From: Zootoca vivipara
Lineage: Eukaryota
Length of the DNA stretch: 64,000 nt
Direction of reading: 5' to 3'
Assembly: GCF_963506605.1 (NCBI RefSeq)
Contig: NC_083281.1
Location: 44,268,001 to 44,332,000, forward strand
Part shown: one piece after another, positions 23,934 through 35,639 of the stretch
Layout of the letters: each line of letters begins with the position of its first letter
How positions within the stretch are numbered: the first letter of the stretch is position 1
Notes under the pieces: generated by a model
Told to the model about the DNA's origin: nothing
The model's input: only the letters and a program-made list of their open reading frames with translations
The model's database searches: none
Position numbers and translations under genes: made by a program

Positions 23934-24389
23934 AATCCCATCTTTCTGCCTTGTGTGAAAGGCAGAAATCCAACAGGGCAAGCATTTTCTAGTATGTAAA
24001 CACCATTAAGGGGAAAACGTCATCTGCTGACATTCTGTCCATCAGACAGCTTATTCCTTGTGTGTGGCCCCTGATTTATGAAGAAAGGGCATAAATTTGC
24101 CTATGACAACGTAGATGCAAATTTGTACCTTCTTTTGCCAGTGCAGCAACCTATATCCTGTGAACTGGGCCTAGAAATTATCCTGTGGCGTCCCTGCCTT
24201 ATTGGTGCTTCCCCCCTGGTCCTCCCTTCACCAGGAACCTCCTCATTCACAGCTTCTCCCTTATAGTCACAGCAGAACAGGTGAGAAGAAATAGCAATAA
24301 AATGTAAGGTAGAAGAGAAAAGAAGGGGAAAATTGGAGAAAACATATCTCAGAAGAATTCACCAAAAGCCTTTAGAGAAGAGGAATCGT

Positions 24390-24480
24390 CATAGCTGCCA
24401 AGTTTTCCCTTTTCTCGCGAGGAAGCCTATTCAGCATAAGGGAATTTCCCTTAAAAAAAGGGGAGAACTTGGCAGCTATG
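24390..24480. mobile_element. 91-bp hAT MITE
   Basis: TIR CATAGCTGCCAAGTT / AACTTGGCAGCTATG and perfect TSD GGAATCGT. Second copy at 34177. Confidence 0.92.
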
Positions 24481-26559
24481 GGAATCGTTAAAGTTAGAAC
24501 AGGGAAGAGGCACTGAAGAGATGAGGAATTATTGTGAAGAAAGAAAATAAAATTGTAATAAAAATAAGAAGGCACAAACCCTGTAATGCAAGTCATTGGG
24601 TGCTGGTAATTGTAGCTCTGTGTGGCTTTAAAGGTGAACTAAATCTGAATTCTCCTCATCCCAAGCGCAAGCCTAGGGGATGTGGGTGACCCCCTTCCTT
24701 TGTTCAACCTGCATAACTTTAGGGTAAAAGAGTAGCCATGTTAGGGAATCTCCCCGCCCCCCGCCCCTCCGCAGACTGGAATTGACATGCAGCAAGGTTC
24801 GTGCTTAGTCTAAACCCCCATCTCGGCCTCTGAAAGGACACATTATACAAATCTTCCCGCGGTCTTGAAATCCCCTAAAACGTGATTGTGTCAGACATTC
24901 TTCTGCGCCAAGGCATCCTTTCCTCCCTCCCTTATTCAGAATTCCAGTATCAGAGAGTATAACCTTGGAAAAGTATTCACTGGGGAACACACACAGAGTC
25001 AATAATTCATGCTGCTTCTGCTGGGGGGGGCAGGGGGCGTTTGGCTGGCCTCTGATATGATATACGGAATAATGCATTAATGACTGCCCATCCACCACGT
25101 TGTAGAGAGATTTTTACACCTTCCTTCTGCCCCCCCCATTAAAACCCCCAGTGTTATTTAAAAGGCAACTCTGGCCACATGTGCAGAAATAAGCATGGAA
25201 TTGTTTTGAATAGTTCCCTTGTTGGTGTGGGAGAGAGCAGCCTCCTCCCTCCCTAAGCTGGTCCGGAACTGGAGGAGAGTTAGACCCACAAGCCACTAAT
25301 TCTCTTAATATTAATCCAACAATCGATATGCTTTGGGCCCATTGGAGTTTTGATGGACAGAAATAAATAAAGCATTGCCGCCTAACTGAGCTCAGTAGGT
25401 ATGATGTTTTCCTGATGTCATATATCTGCCTTAAAGACGACCACTTCTTCATTAAAGACCCCAAATAAGAACAACCTCTAATACGGTTTGGGGCCCACGG
25501 CTTCCCCACCTGCAGTTTAAATGCAAAAGATTTAATGATTTAGAAACCAGAAGAATAACTAAAGAGCCCAACAGTCATTATCTCAAATAATGAGACTTTT
25601 TAATGCAAAATCAATGTTTGTTATAATGAAAATAGATTCAGCAGTTCCTGCAGGCCCAGATGTACAAATCTTCCTGGCTGGGGAATAAAATGTGGCTCCA
25701 TATTTCCACCACCCTGCTGGAGATTTTTTTTACCCAGGAGTAAAAATAAAATGTCAGACGTTATTTACTGCTATCAACTGTTTGTTCTCAGTCAGAAGTT
25801 TTAGCTGAGACAGGATTCATACGGAAAATAATCCTGAGTGAATAGTTAAGGGTGGAAATGGGGACAGAACCGCCCCCACCCCACAATGACCCCTCTTCCC
25901 ATACATCCCCGTTTTAGCAGCACAAAGCGGAAAAGGACCTCTGTTCTGTTGGCAGTGGATGCGCAGAAGCCGTAGGAAGGCAGCATGCTGTGGAGGGGAA
26001 ACCTGCAGCAGTGAAAATGGCGATACATACCTTTACCTTTATATCTGTTGAAATCCATTCTGTTTTTTTCTTTCTATCTATTGGGACAGTTGACTCAATT
26101 ACCTATTGAAACCCTTTAGTATGCAAAGCATACAGCATTTGACCAGTGAATCTTAGGTGCAGAGTAGACTTTACCTGTTGCAACCACACACTGAAAGAGA
26201 TGCTTGTGGGTAAGAAAATAATAAAATTGTTTATTGTAGGGAATCCATAACTTGGGTAGAAAATGTTCCTAGTTCTAGCCTAATTTGCTAATCTAGAAAA
26301 GAACAAGGTGGCTATGCTGGCTCCTTTGTTCTGTAAGTGAATAGTTAAAACTTAAGGGCAACTTGCTTTCCCTTTTCTTTTTAAGGCGGATAAGCGCATG
26401 CACGCACACAAACACATGAAGAGATATGCCAAGTTTGTTAACTGAATGCTCCTAAAATTGACTGAGCGAGGGATCCAGCAGGTCCTGTCCCTCAGCTCCC
26501 TGCTCTGATCCTGGAAAACCTGGGCTGAATCTACACATAGATAAACAACACTGTGACAA

Positions 26560-26735
26560 AATAAAAAAAATCCTTCCAGCAGCACCTTAGAGACCAACTA
26601 AGTTTGTCATTGGTATGCATGCACACGAAAGCTCATACCAATGACAAACTTAGTTGGTCTCTAAGGTGCTCCTGGAAGGAATTCTTTTATTTTGTTTCGA
26701 CTACGTCAGAGCAACATGGCTATCTACCTGTAACT
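26560..26735. mobile_element. Penelope-like insertion, inverted pair of terminal fragments
   Basis: Two oppositely oriented pLTR pieces joined at GGTATGCATGCACAC. TSD AACACTGTGACAA/AACATTGTGACAA. Confidence 0.8.
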
Positions 26736-26834
26736 AACATTGTGACAATGCTTTTTAAAGAAACGTTTTAATATATATATGGAATTTCACATTAGCTTAA
26801 CAGTTAGTGTAACATTTGTATAATGCACTTAAAA

Positions 26835-27153
26835 GTAAAGGAACCCCTGACCATTAGGTCCAGTTGTGACCGACTCTGGGCTTGCGGCGCTCATCTTGCG
26901 TTATTGGCCGAGGGAGCCAGCGTACAGCTTCCAGGTCATGTGGCCAGCATGACAAAGAACTGTTTACCTTCCCGCTGTAGCGGTACCTCTTTATCTACAG
27001 TACTTGCACTTTGACGTGCTTTTGAACTGCTAGGTTGGCAGGAGCTGGGACCGAGCAACGAGAGCTCATCCCGTTGTGGGTATTCGAACCGCCGACTTTC
27101 TGATCGGCAAGCCCTAGGCTCTGTGGTTTAACCCACAGCGCCACCCGCGTCCC
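26835..27153 (-). mobile_element. Sauria SINE, both ends present
   Basis: Minus-strand head GGGACGCGGGTGGCGCTGTGGGTTAAACC, tail ...GGGGTTCCTTTAC and TSD AATGCACTTAAAA (26822-26834, 27158-27170). Confidence 0.92.
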
Positions 27154-27333
27154 TTACAATGCACTTAAAACATTCTATTTGCAGCTATATAGCTGAGTCC
27201 CTGGGTGCAACATGGATGTTCAGCAAATCCATGTCTTGCCTTGCCTTGCAAACATCATCTGTCCAAAAATATACAGCTCTTTGCACTAACATATCTCATG
27301 GTTCATTTTCTAGACTACAGTACTGTGTGAAGG

Positions 27334-27467
27334 NNNNNNNNNNNNNNNNNNNNNNNNNNNNNNNNNNNNNNNNNNNNNNNNNNNNNNNNNNNNNNNNNNN
27401 NNNNNNNNNNNNNNNNNNNNNNNNNNNNNNNNNNNNNNNNNNNNNNNNNNNNNNNNNNNNNNNNNNN
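27334..27467. other. Assembly gap
   Basis: Run of N. Confidence 1.
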
Positions 27468-28194
27468 TGCACTGGGCCAATCAGCCATGCCCTCAAGTCC
27501 CCAGTCCTGTCTGGGACAGAGCACAGAGGAGGATTGCTTTGAATTGCTCATGCAATCAAGGTGTTCCAGGTGGAAAATGTGGTCATTTTTGACAACTCTA
27601 TGGCAAGCTTAATTCCAGGCCCAAGCGCCTGCTGCAATATTCAAAGACACAATGAGATAATTTCACATGTAAAAGTGCAGGGAGGACGTCGTGTAAATTA
27701 GTCACAAAAATCTAAAGATACTTTGTTCCCCTTTCCTTCTGGGAGAAAAATCAGGTTCTATTAAGACTGAAATAACCATTGCAGAAAAAGCCCCATTCAC
27801 ACGGAATATCTATTTTAAACTCAGTCCGAAACTTTTCTGGAGGGAAAAATACTCTGAGACTGAGATACAGCAAGAAGCACAATTTGCATTTCAACGCAAA
27901 TCATTCCAAAGGTGCAGACAGGAATGCAACTGAGGGCTTTGCCATGCATGGCACTCTGCGGAGGGGGCTGTAGGCCCAGAAATTGCATATTCATATCCCT
28001 GAAGAGACTGGGGGCTAGTCAGTCCTGCCTCTTCTCAAGAGTCCTTTGTGTGAATATTATTTGGCGGCAGATGGGACTGGTGTTCCCGTCTCCCCTCCCC
28101 ACAAGACTGCTGTACTCTCCATGAGGTGTGATCACCATATCACAGATTCAGAAGGATGAATTGCTTCTTCACATAGAGCTCAGATGTACTGTGG

Positions 28195-28302
28195 TATTTG
28201 CTTAGGGATGCTTTTAATGTTTAATCAATTATTTTATTTCATTTTTCTGTTGGAAGCTGCCCAGAGTGGCTGGGCAAACCCAGCCAGATGGGCGGGGTAT
28301 AA

Positions 28303-28354
<52 letters not shown>
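28195..28354 (+). mobile_element. L2 LINE 3' tail with (TAT)n
   Basis: GGAAGCTGCCCAGAGTGGCTGGG...CAGATGGGCGGGGTATAAAT(TAT)n. Matches the end of the L2 at 35640-35980. Confidence 0.8.
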
Positions 28355-28356
<2 letters not shown>

Positions 28357-29075
28357 GGCCAGGGCTATGAATGGCTCCTACATGCAGCTATGATGGCTGT
28401 TTACCACCTTCTTCACCAGAAGTTGTGTGAAAGGGTCCTTGCCTTCAAGAACCCCCCTTGGGGACTTTCCATGGGCAGATGGAGGGGGCTGGGCAAGAGA
28501 GGCCTTTGGTCACTTCTTAGGTTCTTAAGCCCCCCTAGACTGCTGTGTACCCTCCTGCATCTGCTCCAGATGTGCAGGGATCTCTTAGGTTGTTCCATGG
28601 CCAAGCAGCAGAGCTCTGCTGAAGGCACACCCAGCCTGTTATGAAAGGTGTGCACAGGAAGCAAGAGAGGACGGCATAAGGGGAACCTGCTGGACCAGGC
28701 CCAAAGAAGCCCATCTAATTCAGCATCCAGTTCTCACAATGTCCAACCAGATGTCCCAATGAGACACTAGCAAAACCCTTCATGGGAGGTTTTTCAGTTA
28801 AGGTTGAGTGGCGACCTGTCATGCATGCTTTAGCTGAGATTTCTGCATTGCAGGGGGTTGGACTAGATGAACCTCGGGGTCCCTTCCAACTATACAATTC
28901 TATGATTCTATAATTTTATGAGTGGGGAGCCTTGGGCAAAGGTGGTAGCCTCTGCTTAAGATGATAAGTCCTTCCCTGCCCCACTTGGCCCAGCTCTGCT
29001 TTCCCAGTTGTGGTTGGTTTATGTCCCAGGCAGAAACACACACAGCTCCTCACCAGGATCTCAGGTAACAGCCAG

Positions 29076-29262
29076 CTTCACCTGACATCTTCGAAGTTAT
29101 CCCCGTGATGCCCAATTTTCTTATGTTTTTCTTCTGTTGCCCCTATTTCTATCCACCTTAAAAGGCAGTAATACTTCCAAAGTAGATGGAAATAGTGGCA
29201 ACAGAAGAAAAACATAAGAAAATTGGGCATCACGAGGATAACTTCGAAGATGTCAGGTGAAG
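29076..29262. repeat. Long inverted repeat (~80-bp arms), unassigned
   Basis: CTTCACCTGACATCTTCGAAGTTATCC...GGATAACTTCGAAGATGTCAGGTGAAG, with about 4-5 mismatches and a ~20-nt loop. No TSD. Confidence 0.9.
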
Positions 29263-30099
29263 AATAATTGAACTCAATAGTATTTAGTGCTCCAGAAAAC
29301 AATTGTGGCCGGGCAGCCCCTCCCCCATCTGATTCATGTCTAGTTCATGTTTAACAAAACAAGGCTAAGGGTCATGCAGTCTGGAGTCCCATAAATAACC
29401 CGCTAATGGGATTTCCAAACAAGCTGTCCCCCAAAATGGTTTTCCGTCTCACAGAGAGAATATTAAAATGCAAATGAATGCGGGCCATGTCCTCATAAAC
29501 AACCATGTTCATTTAACCCCTGACCTCGCCATTTAGCTGCCCATCCTGGCAATTTGTATGGTGTTGGCTATTGCATGTCACTCCAAAGTGTGAGCTGGGA
29601 AGAGCAATGTGCCCAGGGAAGCCGTTACCAGCCGCGCAACTCCGTTTATCACGCTGGGGGGAAGGGGAACTAGCCCTTCCGGAGGCAGGCAGCTGTCCTT
29701 TGAAAACTGCTCTCCCCAGCATCCCTCTTCCATTATCCCTACTTAACTGATGACATTTTTCAGCTGAGAGGAAAGCAAACTCAAGCAAGAGCCAAGGCAA
29801 GTGTGTCTGGAGAAACTTATTTACTCCTCGCCTCAATTTTGCCTCTGCCTGCTGGCAACACGGAGATGTGGAACTGTCTTCCAGCTGAGCTCCCTTGAGT
29901 GATGTTACCCTGCTCCCTTGAGTGCCTGTACTTCTTGCAAGCTCCAGCTGGTGGGGATTGGCTGGGTCATTCCATGGGGTGGCTAACACCTCGCTACAGG
30001 AGGGGCGGGGCAAGCCACAATAAAGGGGCACCCCCTTCTTAAGCTTACCTCCCTGAAACCAGGAGATTGCAACAACTCCTGCCTGGTTGCAAACATCAG

Positions 30100-30990
30100 T
30101 ATCTGTATCAAGCTTTATTTCAGTTACAGACTAGCATAAGATAAAACATACAGATAAACTGAACACATAAAACAGGTAAGGAATAAAAACTAGTAATTAA
30201 AAGGTGATTATATCATACATTTACTTTAAAAGATAGAAACAGAGACAAACAGTTAAAAGCAGCTATAAGGGAGGAAGTGTGAAGGAGCACAGGTTGTGCA
30301 TTTTGGGCCTAGTTTGTGGCACAAACCATCCTTCGACGAATATCCATCATGGGGGCGCAGAATCTAGCAACTGCGTATGTACTGTAACATCTGGGTTTTT
30401 ACCTTGAAGTAGCAGGGAGGTATAAAGTTGTTCTGTGCTACCCGGGGATTTTTGCAGTATAGGCAAGAAGAACCTAGCTCAAATATATGTATAGTATCGG
30501 CAGTGAAAAAAGACATGTCCTGTTGTTTCCAGTTGCCCAGAGCAACACGGGCATTTCCTCTCCTTTTATGATGTCTTCCTAAAGTGGCCTTCCTGGATGG
30601 CTGAAGGGAGGGCCTGGCAGCGGGCCAGAGTAAAAGCTCTTCGCTGTTTTGGAATTTCAATGTTGGTTATATATGGCATCTTTTGGTCTTTCGGTTTCAT
30701 TGATTATTATGTTTATCACTGCACGTTTCCACATTGTTTGGAAACCATCCTTAATAGTTAAGGGAGCAAGGCCATGCAGGAGGAAGGGTAGTCTCAGCCA
30801 GTAATTTAGTGTGGCGAGCCATACTCTAACTTTGATTCTTACAAATCCAGTTTCGAGACGTATGGTAGCATTGGAGACATGTTTAGGCACTTGTAAGGCT
30901 GATCTTAAGAATTTAGATTGTACCAGTTCTAAAAATTGGCAAGGGGACTTAATTGGGCACCATATACATGATTTCGGTTTTCTGATAATT
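30100..30990 (-). mobile_element. RTE-X-like non-LTR retrotransposon 3' fragment (internally deleted)
   Basis: Minus-strand translation gives IQSKFLRSALQVPKHVSNATIRLETG..YWLRL, and KQRRAFTLARCQALPSAIQEG..ERKCPCCSGQLETTGHVFFHC (C-terminal Cys/His motif). AATAAA near 30115. Confidence 0.7.
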
Positions 30991-30999
30991 TAGCTTTAG

Positions 31000-31115
31000 T
31001 TTGCTCTCCTTGCAAGATCCTCAAGAGGGTGGCGGCCTTGGAACTTCAAAGGTGCTTGGAGGACTCTCGTGATCTTGGTCCATTTCAGTCCAGCTACATG
31101 CCAGGTTTTAGCACA
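31000..31115 (+). mobile_element. L2 RT fragment
   Basis: KILKRVAALELQRCLEDSRDLGPFQSSYMPGFST resembles L2 KVLERVVA.QLQ..L...DPFQSGFRPG. Confidence 0.6.
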
Positions 31116-31569
31116 GTCCGGCAGCCACAAGCACACCATGACATATCCTAGGGCTCCTTGCAGATGGTGAGCAGTTAAATCCCTCCAGGGCATCAATGGA
31201 GGCAGCCTACACATAACACTTCTTTTGCCCGGCATGCACACAGGGCTACCCAGAGAAGCCAGGAGATGCACTGTGATCAGAATAACCTGCAATTCTCTGT
31301 AGCTCAGACAGGAAGTCCCAGACATGGGGAGAATCTTCAGTTTGACATCCAACTTTTGGAACAAGGCCAGGATGGAGCTCTGAGGACACCTCCAATTCAT
31401 ACCAAGTCATGGCTGCCAAGCATTCATGGCACTTTTTTTCCTGGCATCGTGGGTCTTCCTTTCTTTCTTTTGCAGCTCCTCACATCCATCTTTTGCTATA
31501 CACCTCTTTAGCTTCTCTTGTTTCCAACCCTTGTTTGCTTCCTTCATCCTTTCTTCATTCCTTCATCCA

Positions 31570-31940
31570 CAAAAGCCCTCGTGTTAGTTTTAGATCATTC
31601 ATCAGTCGCACGGGTGGCTGTCCCCTCACACTTTCGAAATTGTACAGTCGACATACTAACACTGCTTTATTTCATCAGCCTGAATCATCTCTTGCCACAA
31701 TGCCACATGTCCTGCTTATGTCCATGTTAACAACCCTTTCCACATCCCTAACTTTTGATCTTTGTTGTATCCAATTTTTAGTTTTTCTATCTTTTAATGA
31801 TATTCCTAGCACTGCACATTCCATGGTGTGTTGTATTGTTCTTAAGCTGTTCATATTTCTCTGTATCATGGTCCAGTTCTCTGCTCCATAAAACATCACA
31901 GGCAATATGCACATATTGAATACTTTAGCTTTCAAATCTA
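31570..31940 (-). mobile_element. RTE-clade LINE C-terminal fragment (not BovB type)
   Basis: KAKVFNMCILPVMFYGAENWT...RTIQHTMECAVLGISLKDRK..WIQQRSKVRD...GIVAR, continuing in frame past two TGA stops to RGQPPVRLMNDLK. Confidence 0.75.
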
Positions 31941-32006
31941 AGCATCATGGCTAGGCCAGTATAAACACTAGACTGGCACAACTGTGATATCATTCTGGTC
32001 CAACAT

Positions 32007-32287
32007 ATAGAATCATAGAGTTGGAAGAGACCACAAAGGCCATCCAGTCCACACCCCTGCCAAGCAGGAAACACCATCAAAGCATTCTTGACATATGCCT
32101 GTCAAGCCTCTGCTTAAAGACCTCCAAAGAAGGAGACTCCACCACACTCCTTGGTAGCAAATTCCACTGCCGAACAGCTCTTACTGTCAGGAAGTTCTTC
32201 CTAATGTTTAAGTGGAATCTTCTTTCTTGTAGTTTGAATCCATTGCTCCGTGTCCGCTTCTCTGGAGCAGCAGAAAACAACCTTTCT
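32007..32287 (-). mobile_element. Young CR1 3' fragment
   Basis: Open frame [39 protein letters not shown].., plus a CTATGATTCTAT tail. Nearly identical to 39520-39795. Confidence 0.92.
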
Positions 32288-32826
32288 TAAGGTTGTTTCT
32301 TAAGGACTGGTCTGTACAGCAATACTCCTGGTGCAAGAATTATATTCAAGTGTCCTAGATATGCCCGTTTAGTCGGCTCCACCATACTAAGCTTCAAAAT
32401 ACTGTGGCTTCTGCAAATGTCACCTACAGAGCGAACAACTTAAAACTTGGCAGACATTATGTACCTGTTGAAGTCTGTGAATGTGCCAAATTTCAAACTG
32501 ATTTCCACAGCTACAGCCAGCTAACAAGTGCAAAAATAAACTGAGCACATTTACCCAGTTTGGTTCAATATTTATATCATATCATACCCTTCTTTCCAAT
32601 TTCAGTGAAAACTATTGATGTGCTTTATTCAGTCTTGTCAAGGAAGGGACTCTTTCATTGATTTGGTGATATTCTGTGCAGCAGCTCAAAAGTTACTAAG
32701 CTTCTTCCTGCCCAATTAAAGTCTATGGTAATAACTACTGGCATAATAATACAGTGCACACACACTTCAGTTTTGAAGTGAGAATTCTGCCAGTATGTTT
32801 GGAGATGGAGTCACCTTGTGGATGCT

Positions 32827-33045
32827 AGTATGGTGTAGTGGTTAAGAGCAGTAGACTCGTAATCTGGGGAACCGGGTTCGCGTCTCCGCTCCTCCACATG
32901 CAGCTGCTGGGTAACCTTGGGCTAGTCACACTTTTTTGAAGTCTCTCAGCCCCACCCACCTCAAAGGGTGTCTGTTGTGGGGGAGGCTTTGAGACTCCTT
33001 CGGGTATCAAATCCAAACTCCTCCTCCTCCTCCTCCTCCTCCTAT
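32827..33045 (+). mobile_element. Squam3-like tRNA SINE with (CTC)n tail
   Basis: Near-identical to 6159-6440, with internal deletions. Confidence 0.85.
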
Positions 33046-33511
33046 CTGCAGTGATAATTCCTTTAGTTACAGGATATGACAGTGCTGTGCAGTGGTCACC
33101 CATATTTTTGATCCAGTGGGCACATTTGGAAGCCCGAGAGTCTGAATTAGTATGAGGCAGGATGTCTCTCAATTGCAATTGCTGGCGCTCACAAGTGGGC
33201 AGAGTGCTCATGTTGGCTTTCCCATAATGGGAAAACAGGATGGTGAGCTAGATGGGTTTTCAGTCTGATCCAGACTCTTTTAATGTTTCTATGCCATAGT
33301 TAACACCCACACCCCTTGGGGTATGTGACATGTTGCACATAACTGTGTTTCCAAACACCATTCTGGCAGATGATGGTATCAGCAGTGAAAAACATCGAGG
33401 CAAGTTTTGAAAATAATCCACTCATTTCATAGATTTTAAAGAGACGACAAGCAAAGGTACATCTTGGCTGTGTGAAGGTGTGGAACAGAACTGATTCTGA
33501 GCATGAATAGG

Positions 33512-33838
33512 CAGGGGCGGAGGAGGGGGTGCTGTGGGGTGGGCCACCCCAGATGTCACCACTGAGGGGGGGTGTGTCAAAATGCCGGGCGGCACTCACC
33601 GTGGGGCCTGCAGTGCACCTGAGCTACATGTCTCTCCTAGGAGTGATGCAGTGGCTTGGGTGCCCACAGGCTGCACACTGCCCCAAACGGTCCTCAGCTA
33701 TAGGGTGGCAGGCAGACTCCTCAGAGGCTCCACGGAGTGTCCTGCCCGGCTCACCCCACCTCGCAGGCAGTTGCCCCTGCCCCTGAGGTCAGGGCACGCG
33801 CGCCGCCCCAGGCACCTAATCGGCTTGCTCTACCGCTG
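33512..33838. mobile_element. GC-rich hAT (Tip100-like) MITE
   Basis: CAGGGGCGGAGG ... GCTCTACCGCTG and TSD TGAATAGG/GGAATAGG (7/8). End structure resembles the 17276 element. Confidence 0.75.
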
Positions 33839-33954
33839 GGAATAGGTTGCTTCATTATTCATATTCCAGTGCCTTTCATTTCATGTATTTCTTTATTTGA
33901 AGGCCATTGCTTCTCCCCCCTCCAAAAGGTGTTCATCAGGACTTACACAGAATA

Positions 33955-34054
33955 TAAAAACAAAATGAAAAAATTCCTTCCAGTAGCACCTTAGAGACCA
34001 GCCAAGTTTGTTGTTGGTATGAGCTTTCGTGTGCATGCACACTTCTTCAGATAC
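33955..34054 (-). mobile_element. Penelope-like terminal fragment
   Basis: Same family as 10130 and ends at CTTCTTCAGATAC. Confidence 0.78.
34017..34054 (-). ncRNA. Minimal type-I hammerhead ribozyme motif (best copy)
   Basis: Minus strand GUAU CUGAAGA A GUGUG CAUG CACAC GAAA GC UC AUAC. Stem I GUAU/AUAC, perfect stem II, palindromic AGCU stem III. Predicted cut between 34021 and 34020. Confidence 0.78.
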
Positions 34055-34176
34055 GCACAATATCAAGTTAAACATCTGAGCTCAAAAACATTAGCTTGCA
34101 TATCTTTTTTGTTGCTTGTCTCTCCCTCTCTCTCTCTCTCTGTGGTTACACACACACACAATTTGAAGCCAAGAAG

Positions 34177-34266
34177 CATAGCTGCCAAGTTTTCCCTTTT
34201 CTCACGAGGAAGCATATTCAGCATAAGGGAAAATCCCTTAAAAAAAGGGATAACTTGGCAGCTATG
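34177..34266. mobile_element. 90-bp hAT MITE
   Basis: TIR CATAGCTGCCAAGTT and perfect TSD CCAAGAAG. Confidence 0.92.
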
Positions 34267-34379
34267 CCAAGAAGTGATGTAATGGAAGAGGGTGACAAAC
34301 CCTTCCACTTTTTTGTTTTATTAAAACCTTGAACTTGGCCTGGTAACAAATCAACAGCTGGTGCAATAATATGCTGCTT

Positions 34380-34815
34380 GGATGCATGGTGCACTAACTG
34401 CAGTTTCTGGAATATGACCACAAGGGAAGCATCGCAGCGCACAATCTTGAATACACCTTGACTGCTGTTGTCAAGCTCCTCCAACCCAGGAACAGTTGCA
34501 GCTGCCATATTAGACATAGCTGGTAAAATATGTTCCCAGCCATCAAGGCCACCTGGGCCTCCAGTGACAAACCTGCATTCAGGATCATCCCCAGACTGCT
34601 CACCTGCTCCTGCAGAGGGAGTGTAACCCTACCCAGGGTAGGGTATTTGAAGATGGCTATTTTGCCACCTCTCAGTCTTCTCTTCTCCAAGCGAAACATG
34701 CCCAACTCTGTCAAGCATTCCTCACAAGGCTTGGTTTCCAGACCCTTCATAATCTGGTCGCCTTCCTCTGCACACGTTCCAGCTTGTCAATATCCTTCTG
34801 AAATTGTGGTGCCCA
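34380..34815 (-). mobile_element. Adjacent CR1 (34640-34815) and L2 (34380-34640) fragments
   Basis: ORF 34394-34750(-) runs from CR1 [27 protein letters not shown] into L2 VTLPLQEQVSSLGMILNAGLSLEAQV..AFYQL-like sequence. Confidence 0.75.
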
Positions 34816-35639
34816 CAAGCCCAACAAGATACAGCTTAGCACCATCCCATGACAAAACCACATGCAGTGCAGGAGTTTAGAGGCAAAGATGGTCAACTAG
34901 GGCCAAAATGTGGTAAGCACATCTTCCGCCCTTCCCCCGAAAGGAGCTCAGTGACAAAACAATTTAAACATCTACAGATAATTCCAGTTACAGGTACAAG
35001 CTGGGAATGATTTCTACTCAAAAAGCTTGTTGGGAGAGGAAGGTCTTCAGTAGTGCTGAAAAGACAACAGAGATAATACCTGTCTCATATTTAAAGAAGG
35101 GAGTTTCTAAAGGGCAGCTCCCAAAACACTAAAGCCAGATTATTACATGGTGATGAATGGAAATCCTCATAAGATGGTATCTGCAGGGGACCCTCACCTT
35201 CAGAGCACAGTGATCAACTGGGAATATAAGTGGTGAGATGATCTTTAAGGTACCCTGGTCTCCAGCTATATAGGGCTTTATATCTCCAAACCAGCCCCTT
35301 AAGCTTCATCTCTGTTCATTTGATTGTTAACACTCTCAAAGAATTCCATAGGAAGTTAGTGAGATAGGACTTAACCTTGCAGAAGCCATGCTGATTCTGC
35401 TCCACCAAAACTTGTTCTTCTAGTTTATTAAATGTTTTCCACTTATTTCACTGCTTACAAATGCTAATGGGTCAGTGGTATATAGAGACTGTTCTAAAGG
35501 GAAAGTAACACAATTTTTTTATTAGTAGATTAACAAATTCACATTTGAGTTATTTAAAATTATTGGGTGGATGTTACCCAGACCCAGCAATTTGTCTCTA
35601 TTTATTTTGTTTAATAGGCCTGCAACTTTCTCTCTTGCT

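Noticed and set aside
27159-27551. ORFs spanning N runs (also 36547-36819)
   Set aside because: Artefacts of assembly gaps.
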